A stretch of DNA of 64,000 nucleotides from the human T2T-CHM13v2.0 reference genome, Homo sapiens (GCF_009914755.1 NC_060940.1); one strand, 5' to 3'. Positions 28,101 through 41,900 are shown, counted from the first letter of the stretch. Program-made: numbers and translations. The notes: generated by a model from the sequence alone, not told the origin.

Positions 28101-31100
28101 GGAGAACTCCAGTGAGTTTAGAATTTAATGACAAATGTGTGATATGTTTTGAAACATAATTTCTCTTCCTCCAGTACTCATTTTTGCTAAAAAACAAAAC
28201 GAAACAAATCATGATAGGACTGAGTTGTTTGCAACATAGACTTTAGTCTTATACTTATCCTGACTATTTGCATAAAGTACAGCAAGAATAACTATTTCTA
28301 CATAGGCTTTTTAGATTGGTTTCGATGGAACTCTGTTCCACAAGGAATCTCAGATAAGACCTTTTAAAGCTGAGCCCAGCCATGGGTTTGTATCCTCAAA
28401 TACCCTGTGAGTTGGGTAACCCTCTCTTAAGGTCCCAAGATAAACTTGGAGTTCGTAGGCCTGTTAGAAAGTGACATTCTTTACTGACCATGGGTTAGGA
28501 GCACTGTACAAGAACTGCGTAGGCAATGGTATGAGGCCAGTTTTTACCATGGGGCTTTTATTAGCTATGCAAGTTGAGCTTGACTCTTTAAAGGGAAGCA
28601 TACCGTTCCAGTGAAATCTTGGTAAAACAACCAGTTTCTCCAATTGTGTCCTGCTGCAAAAGAAAAATGGATTCTTATTGCACTGATGCAAACATCTATA
28701 TTGCCATAAGTTAAGAATACTCACAGATAGTTTCCAGGTTCATGAGGAATCAGGCAGAGAGAAACAAACATGCTCCAAATTTTGTTCACAGGAATATACC
28801 TTACTCAATTATTAAAGGCTATAAATAGTTTAAAATAAGTTTCCTTCACACTGAAAAACAAAACAAGGATCAGCAATATTTCAAGCAGAAGTCAAAAATA
28901 ATTGCTTCAGCTTTCTGAGTTCAGTCCATTTAGTTCTTGATTTCTTGATATTCATGAACATTTCAGCTCTTCATGAGTCCTGTACATTTTTTCTTTATTC
29001 CAATATTACAATCTACAAAGTTATCAGAAACCTGTATTTGAGAGCACCTGTCAAAGTTCTATCACTTACTATAAACCATCTTTTGAAAAGAATTAGAAGA
29101 AGACAACAATTATCTGTGAATAGAAATGTCCAGGGTAGTTACAGTTAGAAACATAATTGACAAAGAAGTTTGGTGATCTCTGTGGTTTATAATAGCTTAA
29201 CCTTATGTTTGCTAACATATACTTAGACATTAAATTTTAGAAATTCCATACAGTTTTGGAGCAAATATTAGTATTCACCAAAATATAACCTAAAGAAGAT
29301 TGAACATCATTCTGGCAATCCCATGTAACTAAACATGTCAGATGATCCTGTTTACCTCTTTTCTGGAGGCTCCAGGGGCCCTCTAAAGCCTTCCAAAAGC
29401 CAGGTATCAGGAAAGGCAATTATGAGGCTCAAGTTTGATTTTGGGAAGCCTGTTAAATATGTTAGAGGATTAACACACTTGATGTTATGAAATTGATTTC
29501 CAGATTACCATAAATTATTTGACTGAGAAATTTTAATGAAGCAAAAACCTTTTATAACCCTTTCCAAATTTTGCCAAAGGGCAGATCAGTGCCCCAAGAG
29601 TACCCTGTTGTGCTTTCATTCCAATGCTCAACCCACAGAGAAACCACATAATAACCCCCAGAACCTAGTCAACATGTTCACACAGAAAGCCTCTTCTGCA
29701 AGAATCATTTCCACGATCCTTCTGCCACTTGTTTGAACCTTCAGCTTTACCTTATCTAATTCAAAACAATTCTTTAACCCTAGCCAATACTTTACATTTT
29801 CCTATCTTCTAATAATCTTTCATTAAAAACACATTTTACTGTTCTTATACACCTAGCATGTAAATCTATTTCCAGTAGTTTCAATTATGTGTTTTAATGG
29901 TACCTCCTAGCAATTTGAACTTTAATGTAAATCCTGGCAAGTTGTTTTAATTGTGTGCCAGATACAGCCAGCATAATTGACTCCTTCCAGCATAAGTAAG
30001 GGTGTGGTTAATTCTATATGTCTATAAGGGGACAGACATATAGTTCTATATGTTTGTAAGGAAGTATATGTCCCTTACAGACATATAGAACTATGTCTAT
30101 ATGTCAATTGCCTTACCAGTTGTGAAGCAAGCAAGTCAAATAGTTCTTAAAACCCAAAAGGCAGTTTGTAACCTTAAAACATTTAGTGAGCCTAGTATCT
30201 AACCTGCATAATTTAGTCCTCCTATTTACATATTGGTGACATCTGCATTTTACTAATAATCTTTAAGGCTGTTGTTATTTCCCAAAGATTAAAGTCACGT
30301 GAACTAAAAGGTACCATAGCTTTTATCTTCCCTTTAAAAAATATTTCATCCAAGCACTTTTCTTCCTTTAGGCCAATTACTTAGAGGTCTTTTTATAGAC
30401 ATCACACTCAACACATATATAGCTACACTGACAGGCAGACTAGAAGAAGATTCAGTAGTTGCAAGACCTTTCATTTGCCAGTCTTTATGTATCTCTCATA
30501 ATGTGAAGTAATTTCTGATACTCCCAAAAGTAAAAAATGCCAGATAACACAATGCAAAACAGAACAGAACCCTAAATTCTGAGAGGGATTTATCCACTTC
30601 CAGTTCCTGGGGTTTCATGAGGAAAACAGAGGTTTTTTGCAAAATGGGGTATCTGGCGCCCCGTGTTTTTCCCAAGGAGTCCCAGGCTGTTGGAGCTTGA
30701 ATATCTGCTTTTAATTAAACTGACTTTTAGCCATAGCACTCTTTAATAAGGTCCTTTTAAAATTTCTTAATACCTGACTTTAGCCAGGCCAAACAGCTGA
30801 TATTTCTGGCTTTCAAACTTTACTAAAGGCTCAGAGAAAGAAAATCCAAGTCAGTTTGTGGAGGGGCAGGGAATCAAAAAATGGCAAAGGTCCTGCAGAT
30901 ATCAAACTAGAAAGAACTCATTTCCTAAGGCAGGATTGAACTCCTGGCTGCCATTGTAAAATGGTGAGGCTAGAACAAAACATTGCCACGTGGTTGCAGG
31001 CCTTGCTCCCAAGGATGTAAAACAGAATGGAGGCCTGCCACAAAGTTTGCTATGGAAAGATGGACAAAGTACACTAGATTGGCTACAGATTAAGACCAGC

Positions 31101-31669
31101 CTCACAAATCCTTTTTCACAATTAAAACTCTACTGAGAATATAAACAGTGATCCTTATCATTCCTAGCCTAGTTAAAATGTCTTCTAAAAGGAAAAAAAA
31201 GCTAATTTAAAAGTCAACTGCTGATCTGGTGGAGAAAAGGAAAGAAAAAACCAGTTTAAAATGCCTAAAGAGGAACCTCTTATTTTTATGCAAATGGATG
31301 CCTCCATCAGTGAGAAAGACTTCATTACTGTTCAAGGGAGTGGGACCTTCTGGCTGGGGGAGCGGAAGGCTCTATGGATGCATGGCAGGGAGAGCTGCCT
31401 GCTGTTGGGCACCCTTGGTTCACGCACCCCAGCCTTGGCAGGGAGGGGAGGGTGGCGGGAGCTGCTGCTCGCCCTTCCGTCACAAAAAAGAAAGGAAAAT
31501 GCCATGGAGACTGAGGCTGACCTTCTCAACACCTGGGAGTGACAGGGGTTGGGGCATGGTTTCCCCTGCCCTCAGAAGTCTGAGGATGAAAAGGCTTAAA
31601 AATGAGATAAAAATAGATTTGGTTTGCATCTCACTCACCCTTTCTTAAGCCCCACGTTGGGTGCTAAAC
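28101..31669 (-). mobile_element. ERV1 (MER4-group, MER61-associated) internal region, non-coding, 3'-truncated
   Basis: Follows the LTR and a tRNA-Lys-type PBS on the minus strand (tagcacccaacgtggggc at 31649-31666 vs TGGCGCCCAACGTGGGGC); donor-like gggtgagt just after; no intact gag/pol ORFs. Confidence 0.8.
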
Positions 31670-32003
31670 TGTTGTAGGACTTTCTCCCTAGTTCACCTAA
31701 AAATGGGGTCCTTGTCACACAACCATGAGAGATTAGGCTTGCAGGCACTTTAAAGGGCAAGAAAAATTTATCGGGCAAAAAGGAAAACAAAGGTAAACAG
31801 AGAGTCTCAGCAAAGCCAAAGTCTTGCTAGCTGGCTTCCGCCTCATAGATTGAATCCTAGGTACCACCCTGGAACAGGGGAGATCAGGCTCCTCCCTCTG
31901 GCAAACAGTGCGCACTTCCTGAGGCTCCACCCCGTTGCACACTCCTCCCAGTGTGCAGGCCAGTTGGAAGTTCTCTGGGGACCTCTTTATGCTTGCTGTC
32001 TCA
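31670..32003 (-). mobile_element. MER61-family 5' LTR
   Basis: Minus strand TGAGACAGC...ggtccccagagaacttccaactggcctgcacactgggagg...CTACAACA with TG...CA termini, adjacent to the PBS. Confidence 0.8.
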
Positions 32004-32099
32004 TTCCTGAAATGAGGCCAGTACACCAGGAGCAGGAGGGGGGAAGGGAAGAGCAGTTAGAATAAACAGAAAGAGGAAGAGGAACAATTTCAGCAGCAC

Positions 32100-33425
32100 T
32101 TTTCATTTTAAAAGTCACTTTATAAAATTTTACATTTTCCTTTTGCAAAGAAATAACTTTGTCAGAACCTCTTTTAGAAACTTCTAAGTATCATTGAAAA
32201 TAGCTCTCCTAGTTATTTTATTTTAGAGCTAGCTTTTTAAAATTGAGAGTACAGATAAACTAGTTGAGGTATTTTAAAAGTACACTATTTCGACCGTTGT
32301 AATTTGGGGTCGTCTTTAGTTACGTGTGACCAGTTTTCTAAATGTTAGCATGAAGAGGCACCATAAGCATTAAATATAAATCCAGCTGGTGTTTCTAAAG
32401 GTGGGTCACCCTTTAAGGACAAAGTCTAGGTTTTAGAGATAGTTGTCCATAATTTTCGTTTTCCTTCCTGAATGACCAGAAACCTAGTGGGACTCATGAG
32501 AGCCTTTTATTATTTTGGTCACTCAAGAACATTTTAGATTTATCAATTGAACCAAGCTTCAGAATTTAACTGGTTTTTAAAATTACATGTTTTTCACTTA
32601 AGCCTCAAAGATTCACTTCCTCTTTTCAAAGACCAAAGTTTAAACTATAGAAAAGGTTGAAAAACTCCAACTAGTAGTTCAAAATAAAACCTTAACTTCA
32701 GAGAAAAATGAAAGTCACAAATCCGAGGTCAACAGATCTCTAGAGAATAACAAATGAAACTCTTGCCTTTTATAGAGCTTCACTTCCAACCTCAACTAGT
32801 TAAGAATATGTACAAATTGAATAAAGTCTTAATCCTTAATCAAGCCAGGAGGATTCAGATCCCAACAGGGGCCTTAGCAGAGATTCCTGCTGACTTTGGC
32901 AAGGTTGGGTGAAGGAGGACTTATCGTATTGGTACCAAGGTGCTGATTGCTGGTAAAGTGGTGGGGCTCTCTAGAGGTCCACTTCCGATCTCATCTAGGG
33001 TACCAAAATGTTAACCTTAAATAACTAGATTCCGAAAATGTGATTCATTATAGAGTATTCAAGCCTAAATCTATGTGGAAGCATAGATAGAAGCTGCCCT
33101 GAATATATCTTCTGATTAGCATCAGTTACAGGTGGATTTTAAAGGAAAGAGGCAGCTTCTAAGTTGTGTTTCCAGTAACTTATATTAATATAATAAAAGT
33201 TATTGATTAGCTCTATATTGTTCTTTGTATCACAAATTCCAGGAACTGGAAGATAATGGGTAAGGCAGCTAGTCAGGAACAAAAATGCCTGTAAACATGG
33301 CCCTTGGGTGTGGGTGCATAGGAAGGAAAGTGTGATTGAAGTCCCTTACTCTTGTCTTCCTGAGCCTGGTAAGTTTTGCATACCTCACCTAGCTCAGTCT
33401 GCTCTGAGCTATTTTTCTCCTATCA
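32100..33425 (-). mobile_element. Older ERV1: LTR37-like LTR (33009-33425) plus leader/internal fragment
   Basis: Minus strand TGATAGGAGAAAAATAGCTCAGAGCAGACTGAGCTAGGTGAGGTATGCAAAA...TTAACA, followed by a degenerate PBS (tggtaccctagatgagat, resembling an Arg-type TGGCGACCCAGATGGGAC). Confidence 0.65.
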
Positions 33426-33710
33426 TTGATAAGTTTTATTTTACTTTGTGATGTTTGCGTATAGACATAATGCGAATGGGAAAAGCATGGAAAAGAAAAA
33501 TTAACATTTTACAATTTCATTTCAATTGGAACATTTAGTAGAATTTTCTGTTATTTTGTAGCTCTTTAATTTGCTTTGGGAATTCATGCTCTATTAATTG
33601 CTGTCTCCATTTTTACTGGCATTGATGCTTTCCAGATGTCCTATTTTTGTTTAAAATGTTAACATTGATTACTTTTCCTTTGACTTAGATTTGTGGTATT
33701 GTTTACCATA

Positions 33711-33754
33711 AATTGTGTAGAACATCCTTGTTAATTGTGTAGAACATCCTTGTT
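33711..33754. repeat. Perfect 22-bp tandem duplication (aattgtgtagaacatccttgtt x2)
   Basis: Directly visible. Confidence 0.93.
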
Positions 33755-34740
33755 TAATTTTATGTAGTTACTTTAGAAACAATACAATGATGATCACTAA
33801 AATAATAACATTTATCTAACCAAGCTGTTCTTGACTTATCATGGGCGTTCTTTGAATGTATAATTTAGATGATTTTACTTTTACCCTTTTCTGCTATGCT
33901 TTGAACATCTTCTATTTTTCCTCTTACTGAATAGATACTTATTTTCTTGAGAGGTCTGATTTTCCTTTTGTTTATTTATTGTTGCCTCTAACAGAACTCC
34001 TTTTTTTTTTTTTTTAAGAAAAATTAGATGACAGAATCACTATAGTCCCTTAGTTCTTAAATATCCTAGCACTTTTAAAAATAAATATTTTTAAATCTAA
34101 AATCTTGGTATAAATATCATCAAAACAATCTCTCAAAATCAATTCACCTACCATTGTAATGCAGGTTGATTTAAGTTTGCATATTCTATATCCATATGCT
34201 CATGTATCATTTAATTTTAATGGAATTATATACTCAGCTCTTGGTGATTTATGTTTTGTATGTAAAGCAAAATACTACCTCTACTAATAGAGATCTAAAT
34301 AAAAACAGAAATGTTACCCGCAATTCTTCCACCTCAGCAAAGGTGTCCCCTTTAATTTTTATATATACATATGCACAATTTATAAATTATGATTATTTGT
34401 ACCTAATTTATTTTCTTTCATAGTGAATGAGCTTCACTGGGAGTGTATAGACTCCTAGAGCTTATTACCTTATGCTCTAGCAGTGGCATATTACTCCTTT
34501 CTGATTGCCAGGCTACCCATATGCTTATACCTGCCTGGAGCTAGTTGAATACAGGAAGGCAAGGGCATGACTGGAGGGGGCTGGGTCCTTTCCTTTGAAG
34601 CAGGAAAGGAGTACTGATGTTCTGTATGTTGATAGGTCTCTCCGTTCCTCACTATGGACCCATTCCTGTTGGTGCCATTGTGAATACTCTTGTAAGAAAA
34701 TCTTCTTTTCGCTCAGAGCAAGTCTTATCTACAAATTACC

Positions 34741-35450
34741 TATCTTTTCAGCAGAAGATAATGAGACTGTTGCCTGAATGTATAGGCCCTTTCTTTACGT
34801 TCTTCTTATTGTTACTATCTGCGTAAACATAAAGGCTTCCCAAAACCTTGGCTTTAAACTAGGATGTTGGACACAGCAATTTTATGAGCATAAAGGCTTT
34901 AATTTTCTTTAAAAACAGAATCTTAATCTGTGCCAATGTGATTTCTGCCACTAGGTAAATTATAGGTTCATTTTTGTGCTATGTTCTTAGACTATATGGT
35001 ATACATTACCTGAATCCAGAGATGGATTAATTGTGACCTTGAGTTGTTTTTAATTTCTGAGTGCTTTTAACAAGAATGAGAGACAGTACTTAGTCTATCT
35101 TTTCAACAAAAGATAATGAGACTGTTGCCTGAATGTATACACTCTTTCTTTACTTTCTTCTTAATGTTACTATCTGCCTAAACATAAAGGCTTCCCAAAA
35201 CCTTGGCTTTAAACTAGCGTGTTGGACATAGCAATTTTATGAGTATAAAGGCTTTAATTTTCTTTAAAAACAGAATCTTAATCTGTGCCAATGTGATTTC
35301 CCCAACTAGGTAAATTATAGGTTCATTTTTGTGCTATGTTCTTAGGCTATATGGTATACATTACCTGAATCCAGAGGTGGATTAATTGTGACCTTGAGAT
35401 GTTTATAATTTCTGATTGCTTTTAACAAGAACGAGAGACAGTACATAGTC
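34741..35450. repeat. 355-bp tandem duplication, ~94% identity
   Basis: 34741-35095 vs 35096-35450, about 22 substitutions counted by eye, same length. Confidence 0.95.
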
Positions 35451-36208
35451 TGATGGCTGAAGGTTCAGATGTCTGTCTTTCAGTTAGCAGTTGAGAAAGT
35501 GCACTAGTCAAGTGAACAATTTTCTATATCCATTTTGTGGCAAATTATCATGATTATTGTGTATTTTGTAGCTTTTGAGCAGCTGACTCTGCTAACACCT
35601 TTGAGTAGTTTTCAAGGCTGAGAAGTAGAAATGATCTGCTTATAGTACAGATAATAAGGCAAGAATATCATCTCCCTGGGAGAAAGTAGAGGATTAGGAA
35701 TTTCAGCATGAAACCTAGCTGAATATTCGTGGAGTGGATGGCTTTGGAGTATGTGAACATTATCTTCTTTCCTTGAGGGTTTGGGGGTATGATTATTTGA
35801 GAAAAATTTGTGTAATGAAACATTAGCATAAGGAATGAAGTTTGGATTTATGGTCCCATAATTAGACATATTTCTTAATAACTAGAATCTATTGACAAAT
35901 GACTACCACATGAGTATTAGTGACACTTAGTTGTTTGGACCATGTACACATCAGTTAGTTGGATTGAGTGCTGGAGGTAAGGGTGGGAATATCCCATGAC
36001 ATTTCAAGTTCTTCTGTATTTATTTTCAAAGGTACTTTATTCCCCCTCTTGTTCCCCCAGCAAGAAGGTTTACAAGTAGTAAAGTATGGTACTTCACATA
36101 AAATAATGGAAGTTAGATTAAGCACTGCTTCTTCATTTGTTTAGAGTTTTTCTTTGTTTATCTTTGTGAAAATGACTGAATTTGATGGGTTTTTATTTTT
36201 TCTTTTAG

Positions 36209-36298
36209 GCTCAGTTTATGAACCTCTTAAAAGCATTAATCTTCCAAGACCTGATAATGAAACTCTCTGGGATAAGTTGGACCATTATTACAGAATTG
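36209..36298 (+). CDS. PHKB: PHKB exon 3, 90 nt ((G)[29 protein letters not shown])
   Basis: Polypyrimidine acceptor ttttattttttcttttAG; donor G|GTGAGT; open frame continuing from exon 1 or exon 2. Confidence 0.97.
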
Positions 36299-37205
36299 GT
36301 GAGTAAAACCTGAGGAAAACGTGTCCTTAGGTATCTGCGATTAGTATTCCCCTTGCCCTAGTTAAATTATGTACATTATGTGGATGATATTGTTCTGTCA
36401 TTGGGATTTGGGGTACTTTCAGTGCTTAAGTAGCTGTGTATTCCAATTGTATGTCGATATCAGGACTATAAAAGGAATCTGGCAGATCATATCTGGCCCT
36501 TGAAGAATTTGAAAACTGTCACCAATATCTTCTGTGTTTTTTTAATCTTCCTAAACATTACCAGATTTGAGACCTTGAGGATGTTTCTTGATTAATACAC
36601 AGATATTTCATATAAGTATTAATTTGCTCATTTACCTAAACATGGTTCCCAGATAGTCCTAAACTTTTTATATCCGTTTCTAATTCATTGAGATACAAGA
36701 GATAATCACAAGTTAGTATTATTAATATCAGGGCGCTTGTGTTTTGTTTGTTTTATTTTGTTTTTCCAGGACCAGCCTTGCAAATTTTGTTTTTCAATGT
36801 GAGTAAGCAACTTTCAGATATGTGTATAAGGGCCTCCTCTTTGTTTGTCAGACCATCTATTAGAATGCATATTAATCTTTTTGTCAGTTTACCTTTTATG
36901 CCATTTACTTGTACTAGGATGGCAGAAAACATAAAATTTGATTTCTCTCCCCCTAAGATGATGGATTTTTTGGTCTATTTCAACTTCATATGAAACTTCA
37001 ATCTTACTTCTTTTGGTCAAGATTCTTGCTTGCATTAAGTTGCCCATTTTATTATCTTTTTGGCAATAACTAGCTAAAGAGAACTAACTATATTTTTTTA
37101 TGTCAATTGTGTATTTTGGACTCTTAGGACTAATTTTTTACACTGGGAAAAATAATAAATACCCTGGTTTTCTGAAAGAAATGATTATGATAAGATCAAT
37201 TTAGA

Positions 37206-37721
37206 GGCTGGGCATGGTGGCTCACGCCTGTAATCCCAGCACTTTGGGAGGCTGAGGCGGGTGGATCACAAGGTCAGGAGTTTGAGACCAGCCTGACCAA
37301 CATGGAGAAACCCCGTCTCTACTAAAAATACAAAAATCAGCCATGAGTGGTGGTGCACTCCTGTGATCCCAGCTCCAGAACAGAATGTTTTCTGCCTTTG
37401 GAAAACTATCCTAAAAAGTAGATAACATGGCTAGGTGTGATCTCTCATGCCTGTAATCCTAGCCCTTTGGGAGACCAGCATGTGAGGACTGCTTGAACCC
37501 AAGAGTTCGAGACCAGCCTGGGCAACATAACAAGCCCTCCATCTCTACAAAAAGTTTAAAAATTAGCCTGGCATGGTGGCGATTGCCTGTAGACCCAGCT
37601 ACTTGGGAGTCTAAGTTGGGAGGATCACTGAAGCCCAGGGGTTAGAGGCTGCAGTGAGCTTATGATCATGCAACTGCATTCCAGCCTGGGTTATAGAGTG
37701 AGACCCTGTCTCAAAACAAAA
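37206..37721 (+). mobile_element. 3'-truncated AluS (37206-37375) and AluJ (37429-37721)
   Basis: Alu consensus; the first copy ends early in the right arm without a tail. Confidence 0.9.
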
Positions 37722-38565
37722 GGGTAGTTGCCAATCTAGATAAGGTTAATGTAATGCATTTTAGGAAAAGCATTACCCATCCATTTATAGTTAGATAGCA
37801 ATAAAATAGTTTTTAGTAAATGTAATTTTAGTGTTTGTGTTTTCCTATTTTAGAGCTCATTTATAAAAGATAATAAAATATTAATTTCAGACTTAAGTAA
37901 AATGTTCATAAAAAATTATTTACTTGCTGCTGTGTTCATGTTATATATGGATGGAATTCAGTTTTAAAATGTTAAACATTTTCCTAACCTGTACAATAAA
38001 GTAAAATGAATACTGTAGACTCCCTCTGAAGACCAGGCACAATTTAGTCATCAGTGAAACACAGGATTCCAGCCTGTTCTGTGATCTTCCCCTCGCCCTT
38101 CCTACATTGTTGATCATTTACTGTAGCAGTTGAGGTGGCTTTGTGATTTACTAAATGTATGCTACTCTTTCTTGTGCATTTGCTTTAAGTTTACCTATTG
38201 AACTGATTTTTAAAAAATATTATACTTAGTCTTTTGCTTCATCTCTTTTTCCCTCTGTACCTGATGTTGTCCTAATAAGATTTCTAACACACATTGACAT
38301 TACTGGAGATGTGCTAAAGGCTTTTTAAGTCCTAATTAGCTGAGTCCTTTCCTAAAACTGGAAAGATTTCTTTATGTAGGGTGGATTCCCACTAAGGCTG
38401 GAGTGACATGAAGTTGTTTCCACATCTTCAGAAGTATTGTACTATAGCAAGTTTAGAAACAAAATCGTCAGAAGTGGGATGAGGAAACCAAAGAAGATTA
38501 AAACATTTAGCCCAAGGAAAGTCGCTGACTGTACAGTTCATTCTTTGTCTTGTCCTCAATTGCAG

Positions 38566-38704
38566 TCAAGTCAACATTGCTGCTGTATCAAAGTCCAACT
38601 ACCGGTCTCTTTCCCACTAAAACATGCGGTGGTGACCAGAAGGCCAAGATCCAGGACAGCCTATACTGCGCTGCTGGGGCCTGGGCTTTGGCTCTTGCAT
38701 ACAG
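38566..38704 (+). CDS. PHKB: PHKB exon 4, 139 nt ((V)[45 protein letters not shown](R))
   Basis: Acceptor tctttgtcttgtcctcaattgcAG; donor AG|GTGAGC; phases compatible with neighbouring exons. Confidence 0.97.
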
Positions 38705-38864
38705 GTGAGCTGGTGTGTGTTCTCCTCGTAACTTTGAGAGTGGATAATAGGGTTTTGTAGGACCAAGACTAATTGAGCCGCTATCTTTTGGCTCTGCTGC
38801 TGACTCACTGTGCGACCTATGACTGCTCACATCCCTTTTTAGGCCTCTAAACCTTTTCATTTTC

Positions 38865-39195
<331 letters not shown>

Positions 39196-40019
39196 TGACT
39201 TTGTGACCAAAACTTCTTGTCTCTAGGTTTGTAAATCACCATTTTTAGTCATTGGTAGAATGAACTACCTGCCCACTCTCATTGTGTTGATTGGTTTCAA
39301 TAATGGAGAGAACTGATGATGACTAAATGTTGCAGATAATAAAATTAGAACCCCAAGTACTTAACAAATTTGTTCAAAATGATGCAACTCATTAATGATA
39401 GAGCCAGGGTCAGAATTCTTTTCCCCTACCCAATTTCTGGTTTTATCACTGCACTTCAGCATAGTATCTCTTATTAAGTTTGGTCATAAGTGAAATAATT
39501 GTATAAAGTTAAAAAAAAAAAAGAAATAGTTAGACAATACAAAATTTCTCCTTTATTTATTTCATTATATGTAGAAAGCACTGAATGTGGATGCTAACAC
39601 ATAATTGTAATACATTTTAACCATAATTAAGATCAGTAAGATTAACTTTCTGAATATTAATTTCCTGAAAGCGATCCATAGTTATGTTTCTGATTTAAAA
39701 ATTGTATCTTCCACATGAACACGATTTATCTGTTTGAAATTACTGATGTGTTGGATTTTAAAAAGAAAATCAAACACTGAGATAAGATGCAGTAGTCTTC
39801 TTTAGCACACTTGAATGCTGACATCACTAAAAGCATTTCCTTACATATTCTAGGTAAGGACAATATGGCTTTATTAAATGTAAAACTGGTACTGATCTTA
39901 GGAGTACAGGGAGCATCAGTAGCACCTTCACCAAATGGTGAAGCCAATAATGAGACAGACTGATGTTAATTGCCATTCCTGATTTGACACAATGGGAAAT
40001 ACACCTTGTGCTAACATCT

Positions 40020-40550
40020 TACCAAGTTATCTAACATGAGTCTACATATGAACAAAGCTGAATTGTGGCTGTTTATAAGACAACTTGCCTGGACTCTTTA
40101 AAAATGTCAGTATTACAGATGACTAGGAAATAAGTATGAGGATGGCTAGACTAAAAGAGACTAAAGAAATACAACAGCCAAATGCAATACATGATCCTTA
40201 ATTGGGTCATGCATTTAAAAATACTGTAAAGTATGAAAGTATGTTTTTGGGACACTTCAGTATTTGAGCCAAGACTATGTATTAGATCATATAGTATCAG
40301 TATTAAATTTCTTAGGTATAATAATGGTATTATGGTTATGTAGGCAAATCTCCTTGTTTTCTAGAGATACTTCTGAAGTGTGTAGGAGTGAAGGGTCATG
40401 ATGTTCGTAGCTTACTTTCAAACAATGAAGAAAATATTATAGAGAATGCAAGCTAATGTTAAAATGGTGAATCTAAGTGACGACCAAAAGACTTATTCAT
40501 TATAGCATCCTTTTAACTTTTTTGTAGATTTGAAATTTTTCTAAATAAAA
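40020..40550 (+). mobile_element. Ancient L1M (L1MC/ME-type) 3' end
   Basis: gcctggactctttaaaaatgtcag...gagactaaagaaatacaacagccaaatgcaat...taatggtattatggttatgtagg...tttgaaatttttctaaataaaa. Confidence 0.65.
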
Positions 40551-41800
40551 TGTTTACAGGAAAATTGCTTTAACAAATACAAGAGGATAGGCAGCATATG
40601 GACAAAAGTCAGATATTAACCTTTTCCCAGAATGCTTCTAACATCAGATAGAGACTTTAAAGTCCTCATTTTGCAGGCACACTATCTATGTAGAATATGC
40701 CTCTATTAAAACACTTGTGTCTGACCTCAAGGGGAAAAGTACTGTATAGAGCAAATTCATGCTAATTTTTGTGCAATGCCAGCATGAAAAAGAAGGTATG
40801 ATGTGCTAATGATGAATAACTTACTTTTTACTGACATTCACCATACTATGTCAAAATAATAATCATTCTTCCCAATAGTGAATGGTATATGCAATCTATG
40901 ATTTAACTGGGAGGTAATTATAATATACTTTTTAAGGAGAGAAGTGATACTTTTTAATCATGTGAGAATGATTGCCAGATATTTTTAGTTAAGATTAAGT
41001 GAAACAATGAATAAATCACTTTTATTTTTTAGTAGTGGGTGATTCTCATCCACCTTTGGAAAGTTACTGATTTATAATAAAAAGCAACTTGTGGACAGAA
41101 GGAACATCTTAACCAAACTAGGTTTGGTTAAGGTATTTAGGTTAATCTAACTATTAAACTAAATAGTTAGATTTTAGGTGTTCTTTATTTTTAAAAGCAA
41201 GAGATGTAAAATATGCTCAATTGATTTTAAATTAAAACCAAAGAATATAAAGCTCTATGCCAAAATACATCATGTATCATCCTGGATGTGTGTTTAGTTG
41301 AAGGCATCCTTGACTATGACTAAATGCCTGCTCTGATGGTATTGAACACACTGCAGAGCAAAGAAAGGCAGCACCTACCTTAACTTGTGGCTGCTACTTA
41401 AATCCAAGCGGCCATTGCATAACCTACAGGGATAGCTAATAAAAATCAGCTTTAGTTCATAACAGTGAATTTAAAACAATCTGTTGGTGGATTTTTTTCC
41501 AATAGAAATATTCTTTAAAGTTTCAGCCAAATCGCTGTAGAAATATTGTATACTATTTTTAAAAGAAGTTGGCTTGCTTCCTTGAAAGAAGGAAAAATCT
41601 GCCTAAGTTTCATCATAGGATTTTTTTTTCATTGCAGCATTTCTACTTTTGCTGGGAAAATGGAGTTTCACTGTGACAGAATTGGTAGACATCACCAGAA
41701 CACAGGATTAGCCAGATAGTTAAATACTTAATTATCAAAAGCTCTGCTTCCTTTTCAAATGCATTTCCAATTAGTTTCATGAGTTATCTCTCTCACCCAG

Positions 41801-41900
41801 GCGAATTGATGATGACAAGGGAAGGACCCATGAGCTGGAGCACTCAGCTATAAAATGCATGAGAGGAATTCTCTACTGCTATATGCGTCAGGCCGATAAG
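41801..41900 (+). CDS. PHKB: PHKB exon 5, 100 nt ([33 protein letters not shown])
   Basis: Acceptor tctctctcacccAG; donor AAG|GTAAAA; frame open. Confidence 0.97.

Noticed and set aside
31229-31648. Longest ORF in the track (139 aa)
   Set aside because: Antisense to a decayed ERV leader, no recognisable domain, non-ATG start.
31670-32003. p53 response element reported for some MER61 subfamilies
   Set aside because: No tandem RRRCWWGYYY visible in this copy.
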